64,000 nt of DNA from Neophaeotheca triangularis (GCA_054600435.1 BAAIJX010000038.1:62001-126000); one strand, 5' to 3'. Numbered from the stretch's first letter, positions 36,693-48,592 are shown. The notes: generated by a model not told the origin, from the letters alone. Program-made: numbers and translations.

Positions 36693-38660
36693 ATGCTTTC
36701 ACGTCTTGCCTCCGGGCAAATACACCCAGCAACCCAAATTACCACCTCCGCATGCCGCGTCTGCATCTGCGCCTGCGGTTCCCTCTTCGCTCCAAATGCC
36801 GCCGTCATAAACCAGCCCCCCAAACGCCATGCGAGCAAAATAACTAGAAAACGCTCGACCAAGCGGGCCCCAAGCACAATTAAGCGCGAAAACGCCGAGC
36901 ATCGTCTCTCGAGAGACAAAGACTACGCTCGAACATTGCAACAATACCATGAGACGCAAGCCAGCGGCCTCTACCACCGCGCCAGGGATCGACACCTCAA
37001 TCTCGGCGGACCTGAGCCAGGCAGAGTCGTAGATTTCCTGAATGAGTTCAACGGGCTATGCGGGCGCGAGGGATACATGCGGCCCGAGGAATTCGGGCCT
37101 TTGGTCCGGCGGCACGGTCTCGCGGTGCAGGATTGTTACGATGCGAGCATGGATTTGCTGAAGAAGGGGGGGATTGCGAGTGTGTCGCAGAAGGTTGCGG
37201 GTAGGGCGCTCGTGTTCTCGCTCAGCTATGTAGGGGTTTTGGACGCGACGGTGCAGATTTTGAGCCAGAGCTTGTTGGCTGTGGAGAGGAACGGGAAGAA
37301 GACGAATCCATTTCGGGGCGCGCAGTTTAATGCTATCAGGGGACATTTGAGGAAAGCGGTTGATGCGGGGAATTCGAGGGCGCTGGTGTTGGAGGGCAAG
37401 ATTGCGGTCGAGTTGGGGGACGAGGAGTATGCGATAGAGTGTTTCAATAGGGCTATGGAGGGGGCGGTGTTGAGGAGTGAGCAGATGAGGAGGGATCGGA
37501 AGGCGGGCATTGGGCTGGATGAAAAGGAGGAGGTGAAAGATCCCGTTCAGTTGAGTGCGCCGTGGTATGAGTTGGCGCTGTTGCATGATGCACGGGCGAA
37601 GCGGGAGACGGATAGGGAGAAGCAGCTGCAGATGTGGGTGGAATGGCACAATGCGATTCTGGTGGGGACCGAGCAGGATGATCCGACTTGCTTTTACCTC
37701 TTCGCAGAGCACGAGCTTGGTTTCGTCAGCCCTGGTATCTATACCAGCAAGTGGCTGCACTACGTTACGAAGGCTGCCGTGAGTGGCATTACTGCAGCTA
37801 TGCACGACCTTGGGGTCTTCTATGCGAAAAGCCGTTGGCCATACGTGGACGATGAACCTCCTGACGAGCTAAAACCGACGCCTTTCGACCGTTATCCCGT
37901 ACAAAAGACGAGTAGTTTCGATATGGTAAATGCCATCAGGACATTTTTTCTTGGAGAAGAAGAAGGTCCATACTCGCAAGAAGACTCAATAGAACACATC
38001 TGGCGCCGAGCCATCTGGCCCTCGACGTCCGATCAGCGCGCAACACTCGCCCTCTTCTGGCTTGACTTGGCCGGCGAAATGAACCACGTACCCTCGATTC
38101 TCGTTGCCGCACAGCTCCGAGGCGGCTCTTACCTCTGGGCATCCTCCGGCGCTCCCAAAACTGCAGTAAACCTCGAAAATTCCCGCTACAAATTCGCTTC
38201 CGCGGAAGAATACGCCCAGTCCCCCTGGCACGAACGCCATCGCGTTGCCCCAGACGATGAAGGCCTTCCCTACAACATGATCCCCGTCCCACCCTCAAAG
38301 GAACAGGTCACGAACCCCCACTACGATGTCGAAAAAGCCAAAGAACACCTCCGGGATGTCGTCATGGCAGGGTACGCCGTAGTCGACCGCCATGAGCGCT
38401 CGAAACGCTTGCAGCTGGATGTTAAACGCAAGGGCATCGAGCGCTCACTTGAAACCATTGAGAGCCCGGAAGCAAGGTTGGCTAAAGAGACCCCGCCGGA
38501 CTACAAAAGGTGGTTTAAAAACCCAGAGGTTTGTGGATTGTGGGAGTCTGAGGCGGAGAGTTTGTACAACCTTGCTGTCGAGGTTTGTAATGAGAAGGGA
38601 TGGGATTTATACGATCTTGATGGAAATCTTTTGCTGCAGGCTGAGGGGAATAGGAAGTGA
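36693..38660 (+). CDS. Uncharacterised 655-aa protein with a likely mitochondrial presequence and Sel1/TPR-like helices
   Basis: Long intronless ORF; basic N-terminus 'MLSRLAS'; segments such as 'WLHYVTKAAVSGITAAMHDLGVFY' and 'ALFWLDLAGEMNHVPS' resemble Sel1-like repeats. Confidence 0.65.
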   Translation: MLSRLASGQIHPATQITTSACRVCICACGSLFAPNAAVINQPPKRHASKITRKRSTKRAPSTIKRENAEHRLSRDKDYARTLQQYHETQASGLYHRARDRHLNLGGPEPGRVVDFLNEFNGLCGREGYMRPEEFGPLVRRHGLAVQDCYDASMDLLKKGGIASVSQKVAGRALVFSLSYVGVLDATVQILSQSLLAVERNGKKTNPFRGAQFNAIRGHLRKAVDAGNSRALVLEGKIAVELGDEEYAIECFNRAMEGAVLRSEQMRRDRKAGIGLDEKEEVKDPVQLSAPWYELALLHDARAKRETDREKQLQMWVEWHNAILVGTEQDDPTCFYLFAEHELGFVSPGIYTSKWLHYVTKAAVSGITAAMHDLGVFYAKSRWPYVDDEPPDELKPTPFDRYPVQKTSSFDMVNAIRTFFLGEEEGPYSQEDSIEHIWRRAIWPSTSDQRATLALFWLDLAGEMNHVPSILVAAQLRGGSYLWASSGAPKTAVNLENSRYKFASAEEYAQSPWHERHRVAPDDEGLPYNMIPVPPSKEQVTNPHYDVEKAKEHLRDVVMAGYAVVDRHERSKRLQLDVKRKGIERSLETIESPEARLAKETPPDYKRWFKNPEVCGLWESEAESLYNLAVEVCNEKGWDLYDLDGNLLLQAEGNRK

Positions 38661-38916
38661 GGGATCATGACCTTTTGAGAGGTGTCAAGGCTGTAACAAT
38701 AAGGTATCGTACATGTATATGTGTCTTATTGTCAGGCATACTTTGGTATAGAAAGCGCATGTGACTTCGCGTGTGCCCCGCGTCTCCAACTTCACCTCTA
38801 ACATCACCCTCCAACTTGATAGTTCCCTCAGCTTTGACAAGACAACTGGCCCAATGTCTGAGCAACCTCAATACTCGTAGACTGAGTTGCTACGAGAGCT
38901 CATAGGGAGAATTACC

Positions 38917-40476
38917 ATGCCACCCCTAGCCTCAGTCTCAATACCAGCTCGGTCCCTCACCCCAGCTCACTCCTCACACTCAAGCAAGGGCAAAGCGCCC
39001 CTCCGCCCGATGCACCAACCGCGCCTATACGACGACGCGCCTCTTCCCATCGGACCGTCCCAAGATGCTCCCCGTGACTGCCGAATCACACAACGCTTCC
39101 TCGATAGCCGAACCTGCCAGGTCACCTACCGACTCAAAGTCGGCGACCTAGAAATTGGCGAAGTCAGCGTCGACGAGATCCTAGACTTTGTCAGCGCGCT
39201 TCATTTAGAGAGTTTCGAGAATAGGCAGTTTGAGGAGGAGCAAGAAGCCGAGGAGGTAGCGGCGGAGTTTGATCGGCAGGAACTAGAAGTTAAGGAGATA
39301 AGGCGGAAGGAGAGGTCTAAGACTAAGGGGACGGTAGTTTATGAGGAATTGGACGATTGGGAAGGGAATGAGAAGGGAGACACGGCGCAGACTATAAAGG
39401 AGAGGGAGGGGGCGGCGGCGAGGGCGGGCAGGTCTAGGCCGACTTATAGGCATCTTTACAAGGAGCCGAAGGAGCGTAGGAGGAGGAAGAGGGATCCGAT
39501 TACCGGTGAGCTACTGCCGCTGTCGCCTAGACCCGAGGATGGATTAGAGAAGAAGAAGCGGAGGAGGAGAAAGAGGCATCCTATCACCAACGAGCTAATG
39601 CCTTACGGGTGGACCTATAACCCGGACGAAGAGGCGTCAGGAAACGCCCAATCTGAGGTCTCAGATATACGAGAACTCAGTCTTGAGGACCGACAGACGA
39701 AACGCAGAAGACTGGAAAGTACCACTCCGTCAGTAAAGAGGTCGCGATCACCCATTGTCGCCTTGCCGTCGTCAGGACAGCCCAAAGCATCTGCTCGAGA
39801 CATCATCGAGATCGAGTCATCTGCTTCTGAATCTGAAGAATCAGAAGGGGAGAACGCAAATGCAAAAGGTACTCAGCCTCTGCGTAGAAGCGTAGGCGGC
39901 ATGCTAGCAGGAAAAACTGGCCCAACCGATGACAAATCCTCCTTGGAGCGAGACGTAGGACCTAGCTCCCAACAAAGTCGCAACACCATGACCTCTATCC
40001 TCCACCCTATACCCCAACAAATTGATGAGTCTTCGGAGTCGGAAGAAGACGAACTTTCCTCCAATCCTCTCCAAGCTTTCAAAAACGCCGCCACAACCGA
40101 AAAACGCCCAACACCGAGACCCTCAAGCCAGCTCTCCCAACCCGGGCATCGAACCTCCATCGCCCACCCCGTCGCATCAACCGCGAACAATGACCAAGCC
40201 ATCACCATCAACGACTCGTCCTCCAATAACTCCGGAGACGAGAACGTCGACGACGATAGCGAAGATTTGGGGGAAGGCGAATTCAACGTTGAAGCCATTC
40301 TGGCGCACCATCTTTCCGATCCGCGCACGCATCCTAAGGAGCTGGGGAAAAAGCCTGTAATGCTTTATCATGTAAAATGGGAGGGTTGGGAGGAGCCTAC
40401 TTGGGAGCCGGCGAGCTCTTTTGTGGATCCTGAGGTTGTTGGGGAATATGAGCGGGCGGTTGGGTTGTATAAGTAG
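38917..40476 (+). CDS. Chromodomain protein (C-terminal chromodomain)
   Basis: ATG 38917; C-terminal 'FNVEAILAH...YHVKWEGWEEPTWEP' chromodomain with aromatic-cage residues; basic NLS-like clusters and acidic tracts. Confidence 0.85.
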   Translation: MPPLASVSIPARSLTPAHSSHSSKGKAPLRPMHQPRLYDDAPLPIGPSQDAPRDCRITQRFLDSRTCQVTYRLKVGDLEIGEVSVDEILDFVSALHLESFENRQFEEEQEAEEVAAEFDRQELEVKEIRRKERSKTKGTVVYEELDDWEGNEKGDTAQTIKEREGAAARAGRSRPTYRHLYKEPKERRRRKRDPITGELLPLSPRPEDGLEKKKRRRRKRHPITNELMPYGWTYNPDEEASGNAQSEVSDIRELSLEDRQTKRRRLESTTPSVKRSRSPIVALPSSGQPKASARDIIEIESSASESEESEGENANAKGTQPLRRSVGGMLAGKTGPTDDKSSLERDVGPSSQQSRNTMTSILHPIPQQIDESSESEEDELSSNPLQAFKNAATTEKRPTPRPSSQLSQPGHRTSIAHPVASTANNDQAITINDSSSNNSGDENVDDDSEDLGEGEFNVEAILAHHLSDPRTHPKELGKKPVMLYHVKWEGWEEPTWEPASSFVDPEVVGEYERAVGLYK

Positions 40477-40746
40477 AATTCTGGTTTTCGAGCAGAGCTT
40501 GTGGCCGCTGGGGTATTCTTGTTCCAGGCATTAAATGCGCAAGATGAGGTGCGAACACGAAAAGCACGGGAAATTTGAGGGAGATTGAGTACCCATCAAG
40601 CGAAGTCATGAAAAGCGGATTGAAGTTTACGTCTCATACTCACAGTCGTACAGCTTCCACCCTAATTTGAATCATCAACGAGTCTTGAACCTCGCTCATC
40701 TTCTTCTCCAAAGGCGCAGAAAAAGCTCTGCGTAACCCCGCTTCAC

Positions 40747-41714
40747 TTGTCCTTGTTCGCAGGGCAGACGACGCTTGAACACGTGCTTGACGCACGACCC
40801 GTTCATGCTATATCACTGCTCTTACAAGTACGTATCTTGCAGGACCTTGCGGTTTTCTGCTCCTCTCTGACTGATACCTTCAAACACCACAGCCTACCTT
40901 CTCGAACAGCACGCCCTCTTCGATCAATCCACCTTTCCAGAGTTTTGGCACCTTACAACTTGGAATCTGAAAGCGACGTGACTGATAACGGTCGCGCAAT
41001 CACTCGCCTTATAGGTAGCAACGGAGACACCAGTTAATTCAGTGAAGCCCCGTGCGACTTCTACTACGGCATCAAGGATGGTACCGCCATTTCAGACTCC
41101 CGCAAGACAGTCCTCATCGTCATCAAAAATGTCGACGATCTCGAAGTCATGGGAATCAAGTTCGAGCTGGGCTTCACCGGCAGCCTCAAACATTGCCTGG
41201 AGACATTCAAGACGCCCTCTTACCACAGCTGCGCCACTAGATGGCAGAGTTACCGACGCAACACCGGTTATTTAGTCACCGTGTCTGAATACCTCAAGAA
41301 CCACCAGGGCATCACTCTTCCGTGTCTGTTCTGCAGCAGGCAAAGCAACCCGATTGTCAAGGACCCGGCTATCCCAAATTTGAGGTCCTTGTCGAACGTC
41401 TCGAAGCTGCGTCTCAATGGCTCACCACCGCTGAAGGGATCGTGGAACTGGTCTGCAGGGAGACGAAGTCTGCCCGTTCAATCCGGCACTTCAGCTACAA
41501 TGGCGAGGGCATCAACGAGCGTGATTCCATCGACGAGCTGAGCTTAGCTTCCGTATCGCGGGTATTCCAAGGCTGGAGCATTGGCCGACTAACGTACGGC
41601 ACAGCTCGAGATGCACCACAATTCCATCATAATGCAGGCGACGGGTGCTTAGGCTTGCGCCTCAGCGGGGATGTCTCGGCGATAGCTTTTGGAACAGAGG
41701 CGATGCGCTGTTGA
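40747..41714 (+). pseudogene. Candidate decayed gene of unknown family
   Basis: ORF 40747-41037 and the frame running 41038-41541 are the same frame split by one TAA (41035-41037); protein-like sequence appears to continue in a shifted frame (41322-41714); intron-like GTACGT...CTGA...CAG near 40828-40892. Confidence 0.3.
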
Positions 41715-43160
41715 CGGTCAGGCCGCCTGCGCCCTTGAGCAGTCACTCGGAAGCTTGTGACTTACCAGCTTCTGCAACCACGGTAGTATACCTACTACAG
41801 AAGATGACAAAAAAGCCACGATGTTTCTGAGGTTTACCTCTCTTCGCGGCCCTTCGAGAACTAAAACTGCTATTCCCGAGCTCGCCGTGCGCCTCTTGGC
41901 AGTGAAATAGGAGATGTGAGATCCCATACATACTACTGCCGAGCGACCTGGCATCAGATCAATACACTCCTCGACCGTAGCCTGTGCGAGGCCGAGGTTT
42001 GACCCAGAAATGATGCCATCTCTTATCTGCATACATACGCTTGCAGTTTGTAAGTCTTGACTACTCCCTGAATTAATTAACGGTCTCACGTCGCGATCGG
42101 TAGTAGGAGGTACGGAAGCTCGTCAAGGCGGTTTTGCCTCTTCGCGCCACTTCTGGCTCCAAAGTCGTAATCGGATCTGTCCGGTGTTGAACAAGTTGCA
42201 GGGGATTAATTGCGAATGCTCTGCTCTGCAATGCACTGTAATGTAGTGCAATTCTTCCAGGCGACCGGCAAAGCACAGTCGACAGCTACCTCCTAGCGTG
42301 AGACTGTCCATGCTGGCTTTTTTTCGGCCACTACGGGAAGATTCGCAGCAAACAAGCCGCGGAGAGGATCCGACTCATCTGATAACAATAAAATGATGAT
42401 GATATTATTGCAGAGTTGAAAAAAGCTACTACCTACCGAGTTACGAGCCTTTCCGTTCCAAATACCGGCTCGAAAAGATTTGCATCTTCACTTTAACAAT
42501 TACAAAGGGACGGACGGACGGCCATGACAATAATTATAATTGGACGTCAACCACGGTACCGACCAGCGTCTTCACACGGGCTTGACGGGACTATAATAAT
42601 AAGAATTGATTGCACCACCATTCCAAGACACGACGAAAGCACAGAAAACAAGCACATCTAAACTCACATCCAACGACTAAAGATAATAACATCACTTTTG
42701 CCCTTTTATACAAGCAGTCAAGCGACTCAAGAGTCAAGCACCCCCCAACAGACTTTTTTTTTGAATCCAGGAGCACGGAATGGAAGCATCTCATAAGGCT
42801 CATAAGGCTGACAAAAATAACCCCATATAATAAGAAGCCCTGCCCAGGTGCCGTCACCTTCGCCAATCAAAACACTTCGAAGCCTCCCTGTCAGCTCCGC
42901 GGCTCACCCACAAGTTTCCAACTTGACCAAAACTCAAAACTCGACTGTGACTCCTCCTCTTCTTCCTCGGTGACAAAAAAAAGCCCGGAACCTTTTTGTG
43001 AGTATTTATTATTATCACTTTGTGCTTTGCCCTTGCATCACACTCACGTCGCCATGACCTCTGGTCGTTCGTAATGGAATCTCTTGCGTGGGCCGGCCGG
43101 CCGAATAGCGAGCATGACGCGCCCCGGGAGCTCGCGGAAAGGGTTGCAAGGCTCTTGGAT

Positions 43161-43190
43161 AAATGCAAATGCAAATGCAAATGCAAATGC
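43161..43190. repeat. Microsatellite (AAATGC)x5
   Basis: Read directly. Confidence 0.9.
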
Positions 43191-43585
43191 ATGCGGCATC
43201 GACGGCATCGGCGCGAAAGAAAAAAAAAACCTAACTGAGTATGTATGAGTGGCATGGGAAAGTTTCCACACGGCCATCTTGTGACGTGAGCGATTTGTGT
43301 AGAACTTGACTTACCTACCTGACCCGAGACCAAGCTATGGAGACATTATTATAATAACAGACTGCAGTTCTGCTGCACATGACAAAAGGTTAGGTCGATT
43401 CTTCCACTTTCTTCAACCCTGTAAGCGCTATAAAGTTCCGGTCTACACATACATACATAACCTTCTCTCCTCCCGTCTACTCCCACGCGCATCCACATCA
43501 CTTAACCATCTCCAGCCGTCAAAAGACCTCCAAGCCCCCTCCGAACCACACACCCCAACCAACCGACCAAACCGCACAAAAAAGA

Positions 43586-44287
43586 ATGGAAAAGGCAACA
43601 ACCCCAAGCCCACGCCTTCCGAGGACGACACGCAAACCCAACAAAACCCACACCCTCACAATCGCCCTCGTCTCCCTAACCCAGCAAGCCCTCCTCGGCA
43701 TCCTATACCACCACTTCCTCCCCCTCTCCCCGGACGCGCCCCTCGTCACAAACCTCACACACGCCTTCGCAATCCTCAGCGGCAGCACCGCCAGCCTCCT
43801 AGGCCTAGTGGGAGCAGTAACCGTAAGCCCCGACCCCTATCGATTAAACCCAATCCCCCCCCTCCTCAATCCAACTAACCTCCCCCCGTACTAGAACTCC
43901 CCCTCCCTCCTACAAACCTTCGCCCTCTTCCTCCGTCTCGACGCCCTGCTCGCGACTTCCCTCCGGCTACTGCTGTTATGGGCGCTAACGCAAAAAGCGC
44001 CGGATTTCTGCCTGCTAGCGCTGGACGAGAAGCGCGCTTCGGCGTCGGTCTCCGGCAGCGTGGGCGGGCTGTGGTTGGAGTACAGGGGTTGCAGGGGCAG
44101 TGCTTGGATGGCTGGGAGCGTGGTTGGCGGGCTGGTTTGCGCGGTCGGGGTGCTGGAGTGGGTGGGTGGGGAGAGGATTGCGCGGGTCGTGGGGGTTTTG
44201 GAGGACTGGGAGGAGGGGGGTGATGAGGAGGAGGTTGTTCTGGGGTTCGAGAGTCGGGGTGGCAAGGGGGCTGGGTTGGATGGTTGA
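43586..44287 (+). CDS. Small putative 4-TM membrane protein, 2 exons
   Basis: Intron 43823-43894 (GTAAGC...CTAAC...TAG) joins ORF 43586 in frame to the frame of ORF 44060-44287; four hydrophobic segments with two Cys between segments 3 and 4; acidic tail. Confidence 0.62.
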
Positions 44288-46177
44288 GATGCTTTGGTCG
44301 CGGTTGCGTTTTGTATGATGCTTGGGGTCGTTCGAATGTGGTGTTTGGGAAAGCCCATGCCCTGGACCGACCGACTAACCGACCGACCGACGGACGCTGG
44401 CAAGGCGAGGCGAGGCAAGCAACACCGCCCGCCGACCCCACGCCCAGCTCAAAGCTCCCGGACCTTGCACCACTCGCAAACCCCGCGAAACCGACGCAAC
44501 GGCCCCCCCTCCCTCAACACCAACAATACGCGGCCCCAACAAATCCTTGCAACACAAACAAAGCACCGCCCTCCTCTGTCGCCGAAGAGTGGATTGAGTT
44601 TGATGGCTTGATGATTTGGTGATGGTTTCGAGTTGGACGGTCTGATGGTAGTTTGAACGATTTTGTCAAATTTGGGGGGGGGGTGGGAGTAATTGTTGTT
44701 GTTAGCGTTGGTTTGGGTGTGGATGTTCTTTTTCCTGGTTCGAGTGATGTTTGAGGGTTGTTGATGAGTGAAGATTAGTATTCACAAGTCACACGGCGGG
44801 ACTGGTTGTGGAGCAGTCGAACAGCAAAGAAGGACTGTCCGGAATAGGTAGGCTGTGGGGATGCATCAGTGGGAAGGGTAGTATGGAAGAAAGTTACCCC
44901 GGGATGACGAAGAAAATTCCATCCGCAGCTGTGTTGGAGAAGAAAAGAGGATTGTCGATTTGCTGATGATATGAAATATGTGGCAAAGGAAAATCAAATC
45001 CATGTAGGAAAATGGGAAGACCTTGGTGTTTTGGACCGACTTATCAGGGGTTCTTGGAATTCAATACCTGATGCGCGCGTCTAGGTTGGTATTAATGGGG
45101 GGTTTTGACGTCTCATCAGTAGGAAAGTACTGAGATGATAGTTCTGGAAAGAGATCACGTCGCTCGATAACTTTGATTATACGTCTCGCTTTTGTCGACA
45201 GAGGCCGAATTGACTTGGGACTTATCTTTGTTGACAGCGAGCGAGATGTCTAAGCTCGACGGTTGGTAGGTAGGCCTATTGACCGACTGGTGACCGGTTT
45301 TGTCTTAGGGGTTCACTTTTTCGTCTTGCGATATGGCGCTGCAAACGCATCAAGCGGTTCGTGTCAAGGGTGGTATGCCTCGTGTGGGGGATTCGGCTCG
45401 TTTCGTAAAGAGTGCCCATTTGATGCCGAAGGATGGATTTCGGCAGGTGATGTCTGAGAAAGGTCGTACGCGTGAAGGCGCTAGAGCACGTGGAGTGCCC
45501 GGGAAGCTCGTGAGTCGTGCTGCTATCATTATCTTGGTAGCTACCTACAGTGGTAACCTAGGTATGTAGGTACAGATGAGAGCTCTTGGTGAGGATGGAA
45601 GGCCTGGGTTTGTAGTAGAGATGATGCATAATGGCTCCATTGCTGCCCACAAGCACGGCGAATGGAGGTGTTGGTCAGCGAGACTTTTAGACTTTTCGTC
45701 TTTGGATGTGTACCAAGGTAGAAGGAATGGTGTGACAGGTGTATGTGTATCGCGAGGGGTCTGGGAAAGGCATTCATTACATGAGGTACTGCTGTTGTTG
45801 TGATAGTACTACTACCTTAGCTAGCTATGTATGGATACGTGTGTACATATATACAAATGTGGCCCTTCCAGACAATGCTTCAGGGATGTCGCCGTGGATT
45901 GAAGAGCGCGGCGCAAAGCCAAGCACGTGAAAGTGGAGAAAAGGCGGGTAGTGGGATATTTGATTTGTTTAGTAGCCGGGTACCTGACTTTCTCAATGAT
46001 GATGATAATAACAAGTAATCTGTCGAATTGGATGAAGACGTGTACAAAAACCAAGTCTAAGAGTGAAAGCAATTAATACCTAGTATTGTTAACAGTTTTC
46101 TACCGCCCTATCATCGAAACTACAGTACCTCCTACCTAGTCGAATGTTATCGAGAGTGGAGAAGAGACTCGGCGGAT

Positions 46178-46225
46178 GAATGGAAGAATGGAAGAATGGA
46201 AGAATGGAAGAATGGAAGAATGGAA
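46178..46225. repeat. Tandem repeat (GAATGGAA)x6
   Basis: Six perfect 8-bp units. Confidence 0.9.
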
Positions 46226-46484
46226 GAGGAGAAGTAGGAGGTAGTAGTAGTGCACTACTACAGTCAAGTAGAGGGAATAAGGTAGCATGTCACATGTAGT
46301 GGGAAAGGTTAGTTAGATTGGCAGATGAAGCCAATTATTATTATTATCATCATAGCACAAGGTGATAAGATGTAGCTTAAGCTCCACTGTCCGACTTTGC
46401 CGACCTGTCCGAACGGTAGACGGGAGGTTTGGTACGAGACAAGTCGATTGGGGGAAAGGGAGAGCGGGCAATCAATATTAATGA

Positions 46485-46512
46485 AAAATAAAAAATAAAA
46501 AATAAAAAATAA
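46485..46512. repeat. A-rich microsatellite (AAAAAT)n
   Basis: About four to five units read directly. Confidence 0.75.
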
Positions 46513-47007
46513 AGAATAATTCTCCTTTAATGCTTATAACGTTAGCATGTCGCTGTCCCTCCTACCTACCTAACTGGCAACGACTCATTAATACGCATCT
46601 ACCATTTGGCAGTGCTATACCTATGTATTCTCCGGTCGTTGGTTGTTATAATTTCCGTCGTCATTTTTGTATTATTCGTTGCAATTGGAAAAGAATCAAG
46701 TCTCAAGGTATTGTCTTTTTTTTCTTTCTTTTTTTTTTCCCACTTCCTTCAGCGCCCCACGCCGAGGACAGAGCGGGACCCGTTCTGCAAAAGCTTTAAT
46801 TTCCGCTTTGCTGCACGACATGGCAGGTTTGGGCGAACGAGGGAGGTGCAAAAAAACAATAGTCTGCTAGTCTCTAGTAGTCTACCATCCTCCCACCCTC
46901 CCACCCTCCCCCCGGCGCACGCGAGGTTGCAAAATATCCTCTTCATGCTCTTTCGTTCCTGAATCCTGCTGCTGACACCTGACACCTCTGAACCATAGTC
47001 CGTGTCC

Positions 47008-47051
47008 CCTACCTACCTACCTACCTACCTACCTACCTACCTACCTACCTA
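47008..47051. repeat. Microsatellite (CCTA)x11
   Basis: Read directly, ~210 bp upstream of ATG 47264; shorter (CACT)n and (CACCT)n tracts follow. Confidence 0.92.
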
Positions 47052-47263
47052 ACCTCTATTCTCTACACAATCTCCACCACTAATACTCACTCACTCACTC
47101 ATTCAACCACTACCGATCCTGTCTCAACCTTCCCTTCACTGGTCTCCCCCTTACCCAGTCTCCTACCTAACCACGAGACTTTCCTTATTCATATCCCTGC
47201 CTCACCTCACCTCACTTCACCTCACCTCACACCTTTCACACCTGTCCTTACCAAGACGCTGCC

Positions 47264-48592
47264 ATGTCCTTTTACGATCAGCAACCCTCCTGGTCAGGCC
47301 CCAATCGCCAGCCATCATGGGATCAGCAGGCACCCCCATCGCGCTCTGGCTCAGTCTCAGCCATGTCCCCTCCACCTCAGATCGACAGCGGCGCATTTTC
47401 CTCGCAGTTTGAAGAGATTGACAGGGCTACCGACAACCTCACAAAGGGCGGCAAGTGGTTCCCCGGCTCCGTGGCCAGTTCCTCAGCCAGCACCACACCC
47501 AGCAGGAGGGCATCTTCGGTGGCCATGGGAAGAGGTTATGACAGCTACGGAGCAAGTGGAAGCGGCGCTGCTGGTGGAGACGCGAGGTTGGGTCACGGGC
47601 CGTCGAGAAACAACAGCGGCAGCGAGCCCGAAGGTGGACGATCAGGCTCGGCTTCTGGACTGCAGGGTTTCTACCAAGGCCAACGTTTCCCTCCCCGACA
47701 AAGTGAGGCTGAGCAAATGCTCCAGGCGAAGCGCAGAATGGCCGCTCAAAGGGAGCGCGAACTGCGCAACTACCACCAAGAACAGCAGTACAACAGGAGT
47801 ACGTCCAACACTCCATCCAACCTCAACCGTCCACACCAAGCCTCTAACACCCACCTCCCAGACGTCTCCGGCGTAAAGTCCGACCGCGCAATGAGCCCAA
47901 ACACCATGAGCGAGGAAGACCGCCGCGAGCTCATCGCCCGCCAACACCGCGCTCTCTACGGCGACAACTCCAACCTCTACGGCTCCGAAAGCAGCTCCAG
48001 CCCGGTCGGCCGACGCCAATCCCAAGACGTGCGCGTGCCGAGCAGCAGCGGCGCCCGCGGCGCTTCCCCCTTGGCTTTTGATCCCTTTGGCGTCCCCAGC
48101 GCCAACAACACCGACAACAGCAACGGCGGCGCTCCCGTGCAAATGCCCCCTCGCGATCGCGAAAACAGCACCACCTCCCCAGCCGCCAGCACTCTGATCA
48201 ACGAGCAACAAGCTCCCCGCACCTCGTCCACCTCATCCCCAACCAGCGGCTCCCCGCCTCTAACCCAAAACTCTCAAGCCAAAGGCAACGTCGCTCCCAT
48301 TGGCACGCGCCCCGCTCCCGGCCAGCCCGGCAACAAGCGCTCCACGACGCCCCTGACGCCCAGCTCCCTCGCTTACGGCTACTCCAGCAGCGAGCAGGCG
48401 CAAGCCCAGCAGCAACAGCAACAGCAGCAAAAAGACGAGCGCGCCCCGAGCGTGAGCGCCGCTTCCCCAAACCCTAGTCTCCCCTCTGAGGGCAAGAGCG
48501 GGATGCCTGGCCTCGGCAACTGGAGCGGCAACGGCGGCGGTTGGGGGCAGAGCGGTAAGACGCTCGGCGTGCAGGCTAGTGTTTGGGGTTAG
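47264..48592 (+). CDS. Conserved-looking fungal hypothetical protein, low complexity (S/Q/P/G-rich), 2 exons
   Basis: Kozak gccATG; helical motifs 'QAKRRMAAQRERELRNYHQEQQYNR' and 'SEEDRRELIARQHRALYG'; probable in-frame intron 47799-47861; ends 'VQASVWG'. Confidence 0.8.
   Translation: MSFYDQQPSWSGPNRQPSWDQQAPPSRSGSVSAMSPPPQIDSGAFSSQFEEIDRATDNLTKGGKWFPGSVASSSASTTPSRRASSVAMGRGYDSYGASGSGAAGGDARLGHGPSRNNSGSEPEGGRSGSASGLQGFYQGQRFPPRQSEAEQMLQAKRRMAAQRERELRNYHQEQQYNRSTSNTPSNLNRPHQASNTHLPDVSGVKSDRAMSPNTMSEEDRRELIARQHRALYGDNSNLYGSESSSSPVGRRQSQDVRVPSSSGARGASPLAFDPFGVPSANNTDNSNGGAPVQMPPRDRENSTTSPAASTLINEQQAPRTSSTSSPTSGSPPLTQNSQAKGNVAPIGTRPAPGQPGNKRSTTPLTPSSLAYGYSSSEQAQAQQQQQQQQKDERAPSVSAASPNPSLPSEGKSGMPGLGNWSGNGGGWGQSGKTLGVQASVWG

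Noticed and set aside
43306..44622. Many Pro-rich or Gly-rich ORFs on both strands
   Set aside because: Explained by the C/G skew; only the spliced 43586-44287 model has canonical intron signals and coherent hydrophobic segments.
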